Assembly: GCA_900543415.1 (NCBI GenBank)
Contig: UQRE01000003.1
Span: 30,014-94,013, forward strand
Direction: 5' to 3'
Length of the DNA: 64,000 bases
Source: an uncultured Dorea sp.
GTDB lineage: Bacteria > Bacillota > Clostridia > Lachnospirales > Lachnospiraceae
A program made the position numbers and the translations under genes. Under the pieces are notes generated by a model. It ran no database searches. It was not told the origin of the DNA and was given only the letters and a program-made list of their open reading frames with translations. Positions 38,363-48,406 of the stretch are shown here, piece after piece; the stretch's first letter is position 1, and each line of letters starts with the position of its first letter.

Positions 38363-40054
38363 TTAAGCTAATATCACTTTCATTGCCTCTGCCAATTTCT
38401 CTTTCTGGGCTTTCGCCTCTTCCAGATCCTTGCCAAGAGTTGTGTAGTAGATCTTAATCTTCGGTTCTGTTCCGGAAGGACGAACGATAACCGTTGCCCC
38501 ATCTTCTAATTTGTAGATCAATACATTTGCAGATGGAAGTCCTGTCTCTTCTGGTTTCGTATAATCAATTGCCTGCGCCACTTGCACACCGGCAACCTCC
38601 GTCAATGGATTTTCACGAAGGTTCTGCATGATACCTGCCATCTTATCCATTCCGCTAAGTCCCGGAAATTCAAAGCTGTCAATCTTGTTAAAATAACGTC
38701 CGTATTCTGTATAGATCTCTTCCATTCTCTGCTTCAGGGAGCTTCCGATACTTCTGTAGTAAGCTGCCATCTCACAGATAAGCATAGAACCGATGACAGC
38801 GTCTTTATCACGGACATACGGACCTGCCAGATATCCGTAGCTCTCCTCAAAACCGAAGATAAAGCGATCTACTTCCCCGGCTTCCTCCAACTGTGCAATC
38901 TGATCTCCGATCCACTTAAAACCGGTAAGCACATTGCGAAGTTCCACTCCATAGTGAGCAGCCACTGCATCCGCAAGAGGTGTAGATACAATAGATTTTA
39001 CTGCTACCGGATTCTCAGGCATGGTTCCTTTTTCGATGCGTCCTGCGCAAATATAATCAAGAAGCAATACACCTACTTCATTACCGCTCACCAGCTCATA
39101 AGACCCATCCGGACACTTCATTGCAATACCGACACGGTCTGCATCCGGATCTGTGGCAAGCATAAGATCTGCGCCCACTTCTTTTGCAAGGTTCAAACCG
39201 CTTTCCAAAGCCTCAAAGATCTCCGGATTCGGGTAACTGCATGTTGTAAAATATCCATTTGGATACTCCTGTTCAGGAACAATCGTAATGTCTGTAATTC
39301 CAATATCCTTTAACACCTGTGTTACCGGCACAAGACCTGAACCATTTAACGGACTGTATACTAATTTTAATCCGGCAGTCTTGCAAAGTCCCGGACGAAC
39401 CTGACGAGATTCAATTGCCTCATAAAGAGCCTTCTTACAATCGTCTCCCACAAAGCGGATCAAACCTCTTTCTACGCCTTCCGCGAAAGAAATATAGTTC
39501 GCTCCTGTCAAGACATCTGTCTTCTGGATTTCTTCATATACGATCGCCGCCGCATCGTCTGTCATCTGACAGCCATCCGGTCCATACGCCTTATAGCCAT
39601 TATATTTCGCCGGATTATGAGATGCTGTTACCATGACACCGGCATTGCATTTATAATAACGTGTTGCAAAAGAAAGTGCAGGCACCGGCATGAGCGCGTC
39701 ATAAATTCTTACATTGATTCCATTTGCCGCAAGGACGCCTGCTGCTGTTTTCGCAAATACATCACTCTTCAAACGACTGTCGTAACTGATCGCTACGGTC
39801 TGGCTTCCTCCCTGTGTCTTTACCCAGTTTGCAAGTCCTTGTGTTGCCTGACGTACTACATAGATATTCATACGGTTCGTTCCTGCCCCTAATACACCTC
39901 GAAGTCCGGCTGTTCCGAACTTAAGGGCAACTGCGAAACGCTCTTTGATCTCTGTCTCATTCCCCTCGATTGCTCTCAACTCCGGATTTAAATCCGCATC
40001 TTCCAGATCTGCTGCCATCCAGCGTTTATATTCTTCCAGATACATTCTCATCAC
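38363..40054 (-). CDS. Alpha-phosphoglucomutase/phosphomannomutase (PgcA-like)
   Basis: 563 aa alpha-D-phosphohexomutase with active-site TASHNP. Confidence 0.85.
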   Translation of the reverse strand: MMRMYLEEYKRWMAADLEDADLNPELRAIEGNETEIKERFAVALKFGTAGLRGVLGAGTNRMNIYVVRQATQGLANWVKTQGGSQTVAISYDSRLKSDVFAKTAAGVLAANGINVRIYDALMPVPALSFATRYYKCNAGVMVTASHNPAKYNGYKAYGPDGCQMTDDAAAIVYEEIQKTDVLTGANYISFAEGVERGLIRFVGDDCKKALYEAIESRQVRPGLCKTAGLKLVYSPLNGSGLVPVTQVLKDIGITDITIVPEQEYPNGYFTTCSYPNPEIFEALESGLNLAKEVGADLMLATDPDADRVGIAMKCPDGSYELVSGNEVGVLLLDYICAGRIEKGTMPENPVAVKSIVSTPLADAVAAHYGVELRNVLTGFKWIGDQIAQLEEAGEVDRFIFGFEESYGYLAGPYVRDKDAVIGSMLICEMAAYYRSIGSSLKQRMEEIYTEYGRYFNKIDSFEFPGLSGMDKMAGIMQNLRENPLTEVAGVQVAQAIDYTKPEETGLPSANVLIYKLEDGATVIVRPSGTEPKIKIYYTTLGKDLEEAKAQKEKLAEAMKVILA

Positions 40055-40094
40055 TCCTGTCTTTCATTAAAAATCTAAATTAAATATACCATGT

Positions 40095-41237
40095 TTAGGA
40101 GTGAATGGCAACAATCAGTCTGAATACCTGTTCTACCGTTTCTATCAGATTCCTCTTGGCATTATCTCGATCCATTGCCTCTTCTAATGTGGTAATTCCT
40201 CTCAAGATCGGAAAGAACGCATGAATTCCCTCTTCGTTACATTTTCCGGCATCCTCCGTCACACTTCCGGCAAAGGCAAGCACCGGAATGTTATATTTTC
40301 CAGCCAGTTTTGCCACTCCTACCGGTGCTTTTCCCATCGCAGTCTGACCGTCAAGACGACCTTCTCCGGTAATGACAATATCTGCGTCTTGAATATACTG
40401 TTCTAATTTCGTTTCTTTTAAAACAATTTTAATTCCCGGCTCTAATACCGCATTGGTAAATGTAAGAAATGCAAAGCCAAGACCTCCTGCTGCCCCTGTT
40501 CCCGGATACTTAGGATCTGCTTTCTCATAATGCTTTTCTGCAAGCTTCGCATAGTCAGATAACCATTGATCCATCTTCCGGATCATTTCCGGTGTTGCTC
40601 CCTTTTGCGGTCCATACACAGCGCTTGCACCCTGTTGTCCGCATAAAGGATTTGTCACATCGCAGGCAACTTTAAACTCACACTGTGCAAGCTCCGATAT
40701 TACATTTCCGCTCTTAATTTCCGCAAGAGCTTCCAACCCTTTTGCTCCATAAGGAACCGCATTTCCTTTGCTGTCCAAAAAATCATATCCAAGCGCCTGC
40801 AGCATTCCGATTCCGCCGTCATTCGTTGCACTTCCGCCAATGCCGACCACAAACTTCCGACACCCCTTCTCAATGGCATCCCGGATCATCTCACCGACAC
40901 CGTAAGTTGTCGTAAACAGTGGATTTTTCTTCTCATCCGGAACCAGTGTGATTCCTGCTGCCGCTGACATTTCTATCACTGCCATTTTCTCTTCTTCTAT
41001 GATCCCATATGCAGCATCCACTTTTTCCCCAAGCGGTCCTGTAACACAAACCTTCCGCAAGCTGCCGTTCATCCCCTGCACAAGTGCGTCTACTGTTCCT
41101 TCTCCTCCGTCTGCCAAAGGTCTGACAACCACTTCCGCCTGCGCATCCGCACGACGGATTCCTTCTGCAATCGCATTGCCTGCCTCCACAGAACTTAAAC
41201 TTCCTTTTAATGAATCAATCGCAACTACTGCCTTCAT
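40095..41237 (-). CDS. Glycerate kinase (GarK/GlxK family)
   Basis: 380 aa with MKAVVAIDSLKGSLSS N-terminus and RPLADGGEGT typical of glycerate kinase. Confidence 0.85.
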   Translation of the reverse strand: MKAVVAIDSLKGSLSSVEAGNAIAEGIRRADAQAEVVVRPLADGGEGTVDALVQGMNGSLRKVCVTGPLGEKVDAAYGIIEEEKMAVIEMSAAAGITLVPDEKKNPLFTTTYGVGEMIRDAIEKGCRKFVVGIGGSATNDGGIGMLQALGYDFLDSKGNAVPYGAKGLEALAEIKSGNVISELAQCEFKVACDVTNPLCGQQGASAVYGPQKGATPEMIRKMDQWLSDYAKLAEKHYEKADPKYPGTGAAGGLGFAFLTFTNAVLEPGIKIVLKETKLEQYIQDADIVITGEGRLDGQTAMGKAPVGVAKLAGKYNIPVLAFAGSVTEDAGKCNEEGIHAFFPILRGITTLEEAMDRDNAKRNLIETVEQVFRLIVAIHS

Positions 41238-41275
41238 TCTTCTCTCCCTTCTTGAATCGTATATTCCTCATTGAC

Positions 41276-43432
41276 TTATGAAACAGAAATATGCTTACAG
41301 GCAAGGTGGCTGCCCTCAAGCACACCGAGTCCAATTGAGCCTTGTAAATATGGGTGGTCCACATCACAGGCAGATAATAACTCCTGTCCATCTACTTCTA
41401 CCGAAATTGTATCATGCTTTGCATGGATTGTAATCTTATATTCCTTCCCGTGGCGCCACATAAATTCTGTCGTCGCAAGAATCCTGTAATCATTCTCTTT
41501 TTTCAAGATTCCGATTTTGTTATCGGGAAGCAGCGCCGCAGCATAACAACGTCCGGCCCCCTGTACCCTTACATTCATCAGATGTTTCTCGCCCACGACC
41601 GGTATGACCACATATTCCACCTGATAGTCAGCCCAATTATATTTTCCTGTATAAACTTCTCCAAAGTCTCCACACGACAAATGAAGCATATTATTTTCCA
41701 GATAAAAGAGACCTTTTAATCTTGTAAACTGACTGATTTCCCGATGTACGATCGTCCAAAGCTCTTCTTTTTCTTTTTCCATACAAATTCCATAACATGG
41801 ATTTCCATCCACATATAAATCATCCATCAGGCATACAACTGTAGTCCCTTTCCCTCGGTTTCCTTTCACATGGATACAGATCCCGATTTCTTCAATAAGA
41901 CCGCCATCAAGTGCCGGAATCTGACAGGATAGTTGTTCCCACTCCCCTTTTGAGAGACTCCTCTTTTCTCCATGGTAAATATTCTGTGTATGCTGTTCTT
42001 TTGCATATGCGCTCACTAAAATATCATTACCATACTCCGGAAGCATGACACTTACATGCACCATCTGCCCCGGATATGCTACAGGAGAAAACGCCGGATC
42101 ATAACGACTGTCATGAAAATCTTCCGGTCCATAATAGGTCTTTTTATACACATACAGATTCTCTCCGCCCTGCATGACATTTGCGGTAACCTTTAAAGAC
42201 CTTATTCCACTCGCCGCCGATTCCGTCGTATTCTGTAGTGTATATTCCAAATCCTGATAAATATCGGAAGCGTGAAGATGCTCGGATCTAACGCGTATTG
42301 CATGCGTTGACCCCAGATATTCAAAGTGACAGCTGTCGATTCTCTCCTCAAAAATTGTCCGATATGGTTCCGGCAATTCCAACTGTTGAAGAGCCGCAGC
42401 CTGCTTTGCGATATAAGACGCCGCATAAGGAATATCCATAATATTCAACGAACCGACAACACTGGAGCATGCAAGAAAATCATGAATCGGACGACGCCAT
42501 TTCTCATAATCTATTGCATCAAGACCTCCTCGAACTCCCATAATAGTTCCAAGATTCCCCACATTACAGTCCGTGTCCCATCCACACCTGTTGCAAATAT
42601 TAAGTGTATCATCGAAATCCCCTTTTCCATATAAAAGCGCAAGGATCATTACTGCAATATTGGGAATGATATGGCACACTCCCTGATACTTGTCATATCC
42701 ATAATGTTCGAAAATATATCGGTAACAAGCTTCCCAGCCTCCATTTGTGCCATAGTTTTCAAAATAATTCATCACTGCCCGTACTACACGAGCATATTCA
42801 CAGTCTTCCGGAAGATAGCTTAATGCTTTCTCGATGATTTTAGAAATATCTTTCTCAACAAACGCATAGCTGATGCAGACTGCAACAAAAATTCCTCCGT
42901 ATATTCCATTTCTATCATGTGTAACACTTGCTGCTTTCTGCGCTAATTTTGCTGCCAGATCCGGGTTCCCGGGTGCCACAAGCCCCCAGGTATCGATAAA
43001 TATCTGACCTCCGATCTGCTCTGCAGCTACATGACCGTTCTGTTTGATGCTTCCACTTCTGGGAGCTTCGATTCCATTTCTCAGATTCAGGTAAGCGGTA
43101 TGTTCTGTAGAGACACCATATCCACCCCACCAGAAGAAGCCATGTTCAAACGGCGCATAATTTAGCAGTGCGTCTGCCACATCCTGCGCTTCGATTGCTT
43201 CCCCTTTGCTGCTGTCTTCTAATGCGCGTAGGAAAAACAGAGGACCATTGCTGTCATCGTCCGCTGCAGACTCTTTTCCTCTATAATCTATCGGATATCC
43301 ATCTAGTTCCCCATATATGTTTTTAATCTGCTCATAACTAAAACCTTCTACCGGTGCCCCCATACGAATTCCAATTATCTTTCCAAGCCACCCTGCATAG
43401 ATTTTCTCGATGTATTCTTCTTTTATCAACAT
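41276..43432 (-). CDS. ADP-ribosylglycohydrolase-fold domain fused to ~370-aa uncharacterised C-terminal domain
   Basis: 718 aa. The N-terminal roughly 350 aa match the DraG/ARH fold signature (AGWLGKIIG..., DDD, GWDTDCN). The C-terminal half has no motif I recognise. Confidence 0.7.
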   Translation of the reverse strand: MLIKEEYIEKIYAGWLGKIIGIRMGAPVEGFSYEQIKNIYGELDGYPIDYRGKESAADDDSNGPLFFLRALEDSSKGEAIEAQDVADALLNYAPFEHGFFWWGGYGVSTEHTAYLNLRNGIEAPRSGSIKQNGHVAAEQIGGQIFIDTWGLVAPGNPDLAAKLAQKAASVTHDRNGIYGGIFVAVCISYAFVEKDISKIIEKALSYLPEDCEYARVVRAVMNYFENYGTNGGWEACYRYIFEHYGYDKYQGVCHIIPNIAVMILALLYGKGDFDDTLNICNRCGWDTDCNVGNLGTIMGVRGGLDAIDYEKWRRPIHDFLACSSVVGSLNIMDIPYAASYIAKQAAALQQLELPEPYRTIFEERIDSCHFEYLGSTHAIRVRSEHLHASDIYQDLEYTLQNTTESAASGIRSLKVTANVMQGGENLYVYKKTYYGPEDFHDSRYDPAFSPVAYPGQMVHVSVMLPEYGNDILVSAYAKEQHTQNIYHGEKRSLSKGEWEQLSCQIPALDGGLIEEIGICIHVKGNRGKGTTVVCLMDDLYVDGNPCYGICMEKEKEELWTIVHREISQFTRLKGLFYLENNMLHLSCGDFGEVYTGKYNWADYQVEYVVIPVVGEKHLMNVRVQGAGRCYAAALLPDNKIGILKKENDYRILATTEFMWRHGKEYKITIHAKHDTISVEVDGQELLSACDVDHPYLQGSIGLGVLEGSHLACKHISVS

Positions 43433-43444
43433 ATAGAGTTCCTC

Positions 43445-44089
43445 CTACAAAGAAGTCAAATCCACCTGTGTTAATTCTTCTGTGCTTGATACTACAACAT
43501 TCGCAGCACCTAACAGTTCTTTATTCCCTACACCGATACACTTCATATTTCCCGCAATGGCAGCCTCAATTCCTGCCTGTGCATCTTCCACTACAATACA
43601 GTTTTCACACGGAACTCCAAGAAGTTCTGCCGCTTTTACAAATACTTGCGGGTTTGGTTTCGGTATCTCAACCAGATTTCCATCTACCACTGCATCAAAC
43701 TGATCGATCAGGTTCATCTTCTCAAGAATCATACCACCGCTTTTACTTGCAGATCCAAGAGCGATCAAATATCCCTCACTCTTAATCTTCTGCAAAAATT
43801 CCGGAATCCCCGGAAGGATCTCAGACTCATCAATCTTGGAGATCATATCCAGATAATATCCATTCTTTCGTGTTGCAAGTTCAAGCTTCTCTTCTTCTGA
43901 CAGGTTCTGAATCCCTCCTACCTCTAACACAATATTAAGGGAATCCATACGGCTTACCCCTTTCAGCTTCTCATTGTGAACGATATCGAATTCAAAGCCA
44001 AGCTCAGACGCCAGCTTTTTCCATGCCAGATAATGGTACTTCGCAGTATTCACTACTACTCCGTCCAGATCAAATATTACTGCTTTCAT
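43445..44089 (-). CDS. pgmB: Beta-phosphoglucomutase (HAD superfamily)
   Basis: Motif I DLDGVV, and HAD motifs SASKS and EDAQAGI. RBS GGAG supports a start at MKAVIF (44089). The ORF opens at 44125. Confidence 0.85.
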   Translation of the reverse strand: MKAVIFDLDGVVVNTAKYHYLAWKKLASELGFEFDIVHNEKLKGVSRMDSLNIVLEVGGIQNLSEEEKLELATRKNGYYLDMISKIDESEILPGIPEFLQKIKSEGYLIALGSASKSGGMILEKMNLIDQFDAVVDGNLVEIPKPNPQVFVKAAELLGVPCENCIVVEDAQAGIEAAIAGNMKCIGVGNKELLGAANVVVSSTEELTQVDLTSL

Positions 44090-44124
44090 ATGTCTTATTT
44101 CTCCTTTTTCCTCGTAAATGCACA

Positions 44125-46419
44125 CTATGCCAGTGAAAGATCCAAATGTTCTTCCAGCATATATTCTCTGTTACCAGCTTTTACCTTAATCATTCGTCCT
44201 TCCTGTTTGTCGCAGGTCAATGCGATTTTCTCCCTGCCGACTGTGAAATGAACCTTTACACCTTCTATGTACATATAGAATTCCATTGTCTTCCACTGTT
44301 TCGGAAGATTCGGTGTCAGATACAGAACACCCTTTTCATAATGAACACCTGAAAATCCAAAGATCAGACAATTCCAGATTCCTCCAAGAGAGGCTGAATG
44401 AACGCCATCGGTACTATCATGTGGATTTTCATTAATGTCTACGACAAGACATTTACGGAAGAATTCCCATGCCAGATCCATTGCTCCTATAGCGGCGCAT
44501 GCTTGTGCGTGTGCACAGTAGCTTAAGGAAGAATCATGTATCGTTCTATTTTCATAGAAAAGTACATTCTTTCTGACAGTCTCTTCATCAAAAAGTTTTG
44601 GGAACAGGTTTAGAAGCATCACCACATCCGCCTGCTTCAGAACCTGCATATTGACCACTTCTTCTCTGGAATAATCAAGAAGCACAGACTGTTTGATCTG
44701 AGATTCTTTATATTTCTCAATGTTTTCCAGACATGGCTTTGACAAGAAGCTGTCATCCTGCGGAATAATTCCCTCTTTATTTGGTACCGGAAGGTACATC
44801 TTCTCCTGAAACTCCTTCCATTTCTGTAACTCTTTTTCCAATTTGAGTTTCTGATTAAGACTTTTAAATACTTCTACGTTTTCTGCCTTTAATCTTTCCG
44901 CATAATTAAGCGCCATTTTCACACAATACACCGCCATGTAGTTGGTGTAAGCATTGTTATCTACATGCTCCGTATATTCATCCGGTCCGATCACATCATA
45001 GATTCCGTATTTTTGTCTCTTTTCATCCCATTTTGCACAGGATACCCAGAATCTCGCTGCTTCAAAGACAATCTCATAGCCACAATCTTCCATGAAGCTA
45101 TCATCCCCTGTAGATTCATAATATTGCTCTACTGCATATGCGATATCTGCTGTCACATGATATTCTTTAATACCGGACCAAACTTTGTTTGCCTTACCGG
45201 TATGTATGTTGAGTGCTGCATAAAGCGGAGTTTCCTCTTCACCTGTACGCGCTGCTTCCCAAGGGAACATTGCCCCTTCAAAGCCGTAGTCCTTTGCCTT
45301 CTTTCTTGCTCCGTCCAGTCCTCTGTACCGGAATTCCAGCAATCGCTTTGCTTCTTCCGGATACCCGTATAAGAGCATCGGGAACAGGAAGATCTCCGTA
45401 TCCCAGAACACATGACCTTTGTATCCCTCGCCGGTCAGTCCTTTCGCGGCAATGCTGCTCTCGTTGGTATGCCACGGTGTCATCCCCAAAATGTGATACT
45501 GTGCAAAGCATACCGCTGCTTCTTCCGCCTCACTCATACCGTCTACATGAATACGTGTCACATCCCAGAACTCTTTCATTTTCATCTGCTGCTCTGCCCA
45601 AAGAACGTCATATCCTTTCTTTAACGCAGCCGTCAGCATCTGCTTTCTCTCTTCTGTCGTAATTCCATTCTCGCCTTGATCTGCAAGGGTCACCTTCTCG
45701 AAAATGACTTCTTTGTCTTCCGGAACGATCACATAAGTTCCATACACGCTTCTTCGCTTAAGATTGAATTCCTTCTCTTCCTGCACGCCCCGAACCACTT
45801 TACACCCGGTCGCTTCGGTCACCGTACCGTTCTCAAGCTCACTTCGGATTTCCATGACTTCTTTCTCATAGACTCTGGCAGTCGAAGTGTGAAAATGCGA
45901 CACACCACTATTTGTGATCTGCCCGTTAATTCCGGTTTTTACTTTCACTTGTCCGCTTTTATCACCTAAAAACTGTACACGAAGTGTCTGCGCAAAAAGA
46001 CCGGACTGTACCATAGATGCAAATCTCCGGTTCTCAACCAGAACTTCACCCTTTTCACCGAGCGCAAACACATAGCGGATCACTAACTCTCCGCTGAAAA
46101 TATCTAATTTTCTCTCGAAGGATTTCAGGCAGGAACGCTCCGGATAAATCTTCTCACCATCAATCTCCAATCCAAACCATGTGACATCCGGACAGTTGAC
46201 AAGCTCCGTAACTTCTCCTTCATATGCCTTATTAAATGCTCCGCTTAAGAACATTCCTCTCTGTTCTTCAATGAGTGAAAATGGATGAGCCGCGCGCACT
46301 CCCATATATCCGTTGCACTGTGCAAACACGGATTCTGTTTTTAACTCGTACTCCGGTAAAAATTCATTTTCACCAATCCAAAATCTTTTCTTTTCTCTTT
46401 CTGTCTGATAATGAATCAT
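44125..46419 (-). CDS. GH65 glycoside phosphorylase (kojibiose/nigerose/trehalose/glucosylglycerol phosphorylase family)
   Basis: 764 aa with GH65 N-terminal beta-sandwich, (alpha/alpha)6 barrel and the catalytic-acid region GHVFWDTEIF. Confidence 0.9.
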   Translation of the reverse strand: MIHYQTEREKKRFWIGENEFLPEYELKTESVFAQCNGYMGVRAAHPFSLIEEQRGMFLSGAFNKAYEGEVTELVNCPDVTWFGLEIDGEKIYPERSCLKSFERKLDIFSGELVIRYVFALGEKGEVLVENRRFASMVQSGLFAQTLRVQFLGDKSGQVKVKTGINGQITNSGVSHFHTSTARVYEKEVMEIRSELENGTVTEATGCKVVRGVQEEKEFNLKRRSVYGTYVIVPEDKEVIFEKVTLADQGENGITTEERKQMLTAALKKGYDVLWAEQQMKMKEFWDVTRIHVDGMSEAEEAAVCFAQYHILGMTPWHTNESSIAAKGLTGEGYKGHVFWDTEIFLFPMLLYGYPEEAKRLLEFRYRGLDGARKKAKDYGFEGAMFPWEAARTGEEETPLYAALNIHTGKANKVWSGIKEYHVTADIAYAVEQYYESTGDDSFMEDCGYEIVFEAARFWVSCAKWDEKRQKYGIYDVIGPDEYTEHVDNNAYTNYMAVYCVKMALNYAERLKAENVEVFKSLNQKLKLEKELQKWKEFQEKMYLPVPNKEGIIPQDDSFLSKPCLENIEKYKESQIKQSVLLDYSREEVVNMQVLKQADVVMLLNLFPKLFDEETVRKNVLFYENRTIHDSSLSYCAHAQACAAIGAMDLAWEFFRKCLVVDINENPHDSTDGVHSASLGGIWNCLIFGFSGVHYEKGVLYLTPNLPKQWKTMEFYMYIEGVKVHFTVGREKIALTCDKQEGRMIKVKAGNREYMLEEHLDLSLA

Positions 46420-46439
46420 AAACTATCCCTCACTCACCT

Positions 46440-47480
46440 CTAATTAAAAACCACGGGTCTGCCGGTCTTCGCAGATTCATACAGTGCACAGATCAGCTTC
46501 TGAATGTAAGCCCCCTGCTTTGCTGTTACAAGCAGTTCTTCTTCTCCAAGACACGCTTTCACGAAATTAGTATCTACATCTAAATGCCAGTCTCTCATCT
46601 CAAGGAATGGGAAGGTATGGTCTACGAGCTGACCGTCTTCCTCCCCGTAGATCTCTAACGGGAACAGATCAGCGCCTTCTTTGGAGCCATAGAACTTCAC
46701 ACTTCTTACATCTCTTTCTTTTCGGTTGATTGCAAAGGATGTCTGAAGGTCAAGACTTGTTCCGTCAGCAAAACGGATATATCCAAAGATTCCGTCTTCC
46801 ACCGTAAAACGTTCCGGGTCCCAACCGCCCATAAGACCAACCTTTGAAGTCTTTCCGATGCGGTCGCTGCTTGTCGCACAGACATAGGAGATTTCCGGAT
46901 AATCAAGAAGGTATAATGCGCTGTCTAACATATGTGCGCCAATGTCAATCAACGGTCCGCCGCCCTGAATTTCCTTATTTGTAAAGCAGCCCCATCCCGG
47001 GATTCCTCTTCTTCTGTGCCATTTCACTTCTGTATGGTATATCTCTCCCATTTTGCCGACTTTGATTCTGTTTTTCAAAAATGCCACATGCTCACTTGCC
47101 CTGAAGTGAAAGCCATAAGAGAGAAGTTTCTCTTTTTCCTGCGCTTTCTTCTCCATGCTTTCGGCTTCTTCTACTGTAATTGCCGGCGGCTTTTCGCAGA
47201 ATACATGACATCCTGCTTCCAAAGCATCTAATGTAATCTGGCAATGAAATTTATTCGGAACACAGATTGTTACTGCATCTGGTTTTACCTCTTCTAACAT
47301 TTCTTTATGAGAATCGTAATATTTTTCAATTCCAAACTTTTCAGCTACTGTCTTAGCAGCTTCCAGACGCGTGTCACAGATTCCCACAATCTCCACATTC
47401 CCCATAAGCTGATAATTCGGGATATGTGTTACCTGAGCAATCTGTCCGGAACCGATGATCGCCATTCTTAATTTTTCCAT
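46440..47480 (-). CDS. Gfo/Idh/MocA-family NAD(P)-dependent oxidoreductase
   Basis: Rossmann motif MAIIGSGQIAQ. The RBS GAGGAAACAAA supports a start at MEKLRMA (47480). The ORF opens at 47549. Confidence 0.85.
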   Translation of the reverse strand: MEKLRMAIIGSGQIAQVTHIPNYQLMGNVEIVGICDTRLEAAKTVAEKFGIEKYYDSHKEMLEEVKPDAVTICVPNKFHCQITLDALEAGCHVFCEKPPAITVEEAESMEKKAQEKEKLLSYGFHFRASEHVAFLKNRIKVGKMGEIYHTEVKWHRRRGIPGWGCFTNKEIQGGGPLIDIGAHMLDSALYLLDYPEISYVCATSSDRIGKTSKVGLMGGWDPERFTVEDGIFGYIRFADGTSLDLQTSFAINRKERDVRSVKFYGSKEGADLFPLEIYGEEDGQLVDHTFPFLEMRDWHLDVDTNFVKACLGEEELLVTAKQGAYIQKLICALYESAKTGRPVVFN

Positions 47481-47602
47481 TTTGTTTCCTCTTCTTTCCT
47501 GTCTGTCATCAGACATTTTAAAGATCAAAAGGATGCCGCAAAATGACACTGCATACGTTGTACCGACTCACTTTACCGCACCCTTTCTTTATAATCATTT
47601 TC

Positions 47603-48394
47603 CTACATAAATTGTTTCATGAAATCCACAGACTCCTGATATGCCTTCAAAGGATCTTCGCCGCGAATTCTTCCTTCATTTACAACCGGACCTTCATAGC
47701 CGATTTCTTTTAATGTCTCCATATGGCGTTTCCAGTCAATTGAACCGGTTCCCGGCTGATAACGGTGATTTTCAGCAATATGGATATGTCCTACATAGTC
47801 TTTATATTTTTTCAGTGTTTCAGAAATATCGTCTTCTTCAATTGCCATGTGGTAGAAATCAGAAGTTAATTTCACTCTCTTAAATCCACCCTGACGAATA
47901 ATATTTACCGCATCTTCCTGCGTATTAAGCATATGATCCTGATAACGGTTCAGTGGTTCAAGATAGAGATAAGTACCTGTCTCTTCGGCAGTTTTCTCAA
48001 GTTCTGTCAAAGAATCGATAATCGCCTTTACATCTCCCTCATGACTTCTGGGAGAAACCATTGGCGGAAGTCTGAATGTAAACATTCCCCATGCAGCAGG
48101 AACTACAACTCCTGTGCCGCCAACTTCTTTCAATGCGCGGAGAATCTCTTTTAAATCCTCAATTCCATTTAAGCGTTTCTCTTCGATAAAGTCACCGATC
48201 CATCCACGATATCCGCCGCAGGCTGTACATACCGGAAGACCTGTCTCCTTGATTGCTTTCTTCACTTCTTCAAGATTTTCAACTAATACTTTTCCATCAA
48301 TCTCAAAACATTCAAATCCCATTTCTTTCATGAAGCGGAATTTTTCGACCATATCTTTAGGGAAAAAATCTTTATCCTGTGTTCCTAATAACAT
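47603..48394 (-). CDS. Sugar phosphate isomerase/epimerase (xylose-isomerase-like TIM barrel)
   Basis: 263 aa with the LEPLNRYQ and HIAENHR metal-binding motifs of the AP_endonuc_2 TIM-barrel family. Confidence 0.8.
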   Translation of the reverse strand: MLLGTQDKDFFPKDMVEKFRFMKEMGFECFEIDGKVLVENLEEVKKAIKETGLPVCTACGGYRGWIGDFIEEKRLNGIEDLKEILRALKEVGGTGVVVPAAWGMFTFRLPPMVSPRSHEGDVKAIIDSLTELEKTAEETGTYLYLEPLNRYQDHMLNTQEDAVNIIRQGGFKRVKLTSDFYHMAIEEDDISETLKKYKDYVGHIHIAENHRYQPGTGSIDWKRHMETLKEIGYEGPVVNEGRIRGEDPLKAYQESVDFMKQFM

Positions 48395-48406
48395 ACTGAC
48401 TGCCTC

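Noticed and set aside
38582-39313. 243-aa plus-strand ORF antisense to phosphoglucomutase
   Set aside because: Shadow ORF with Cys-rich junk composition.
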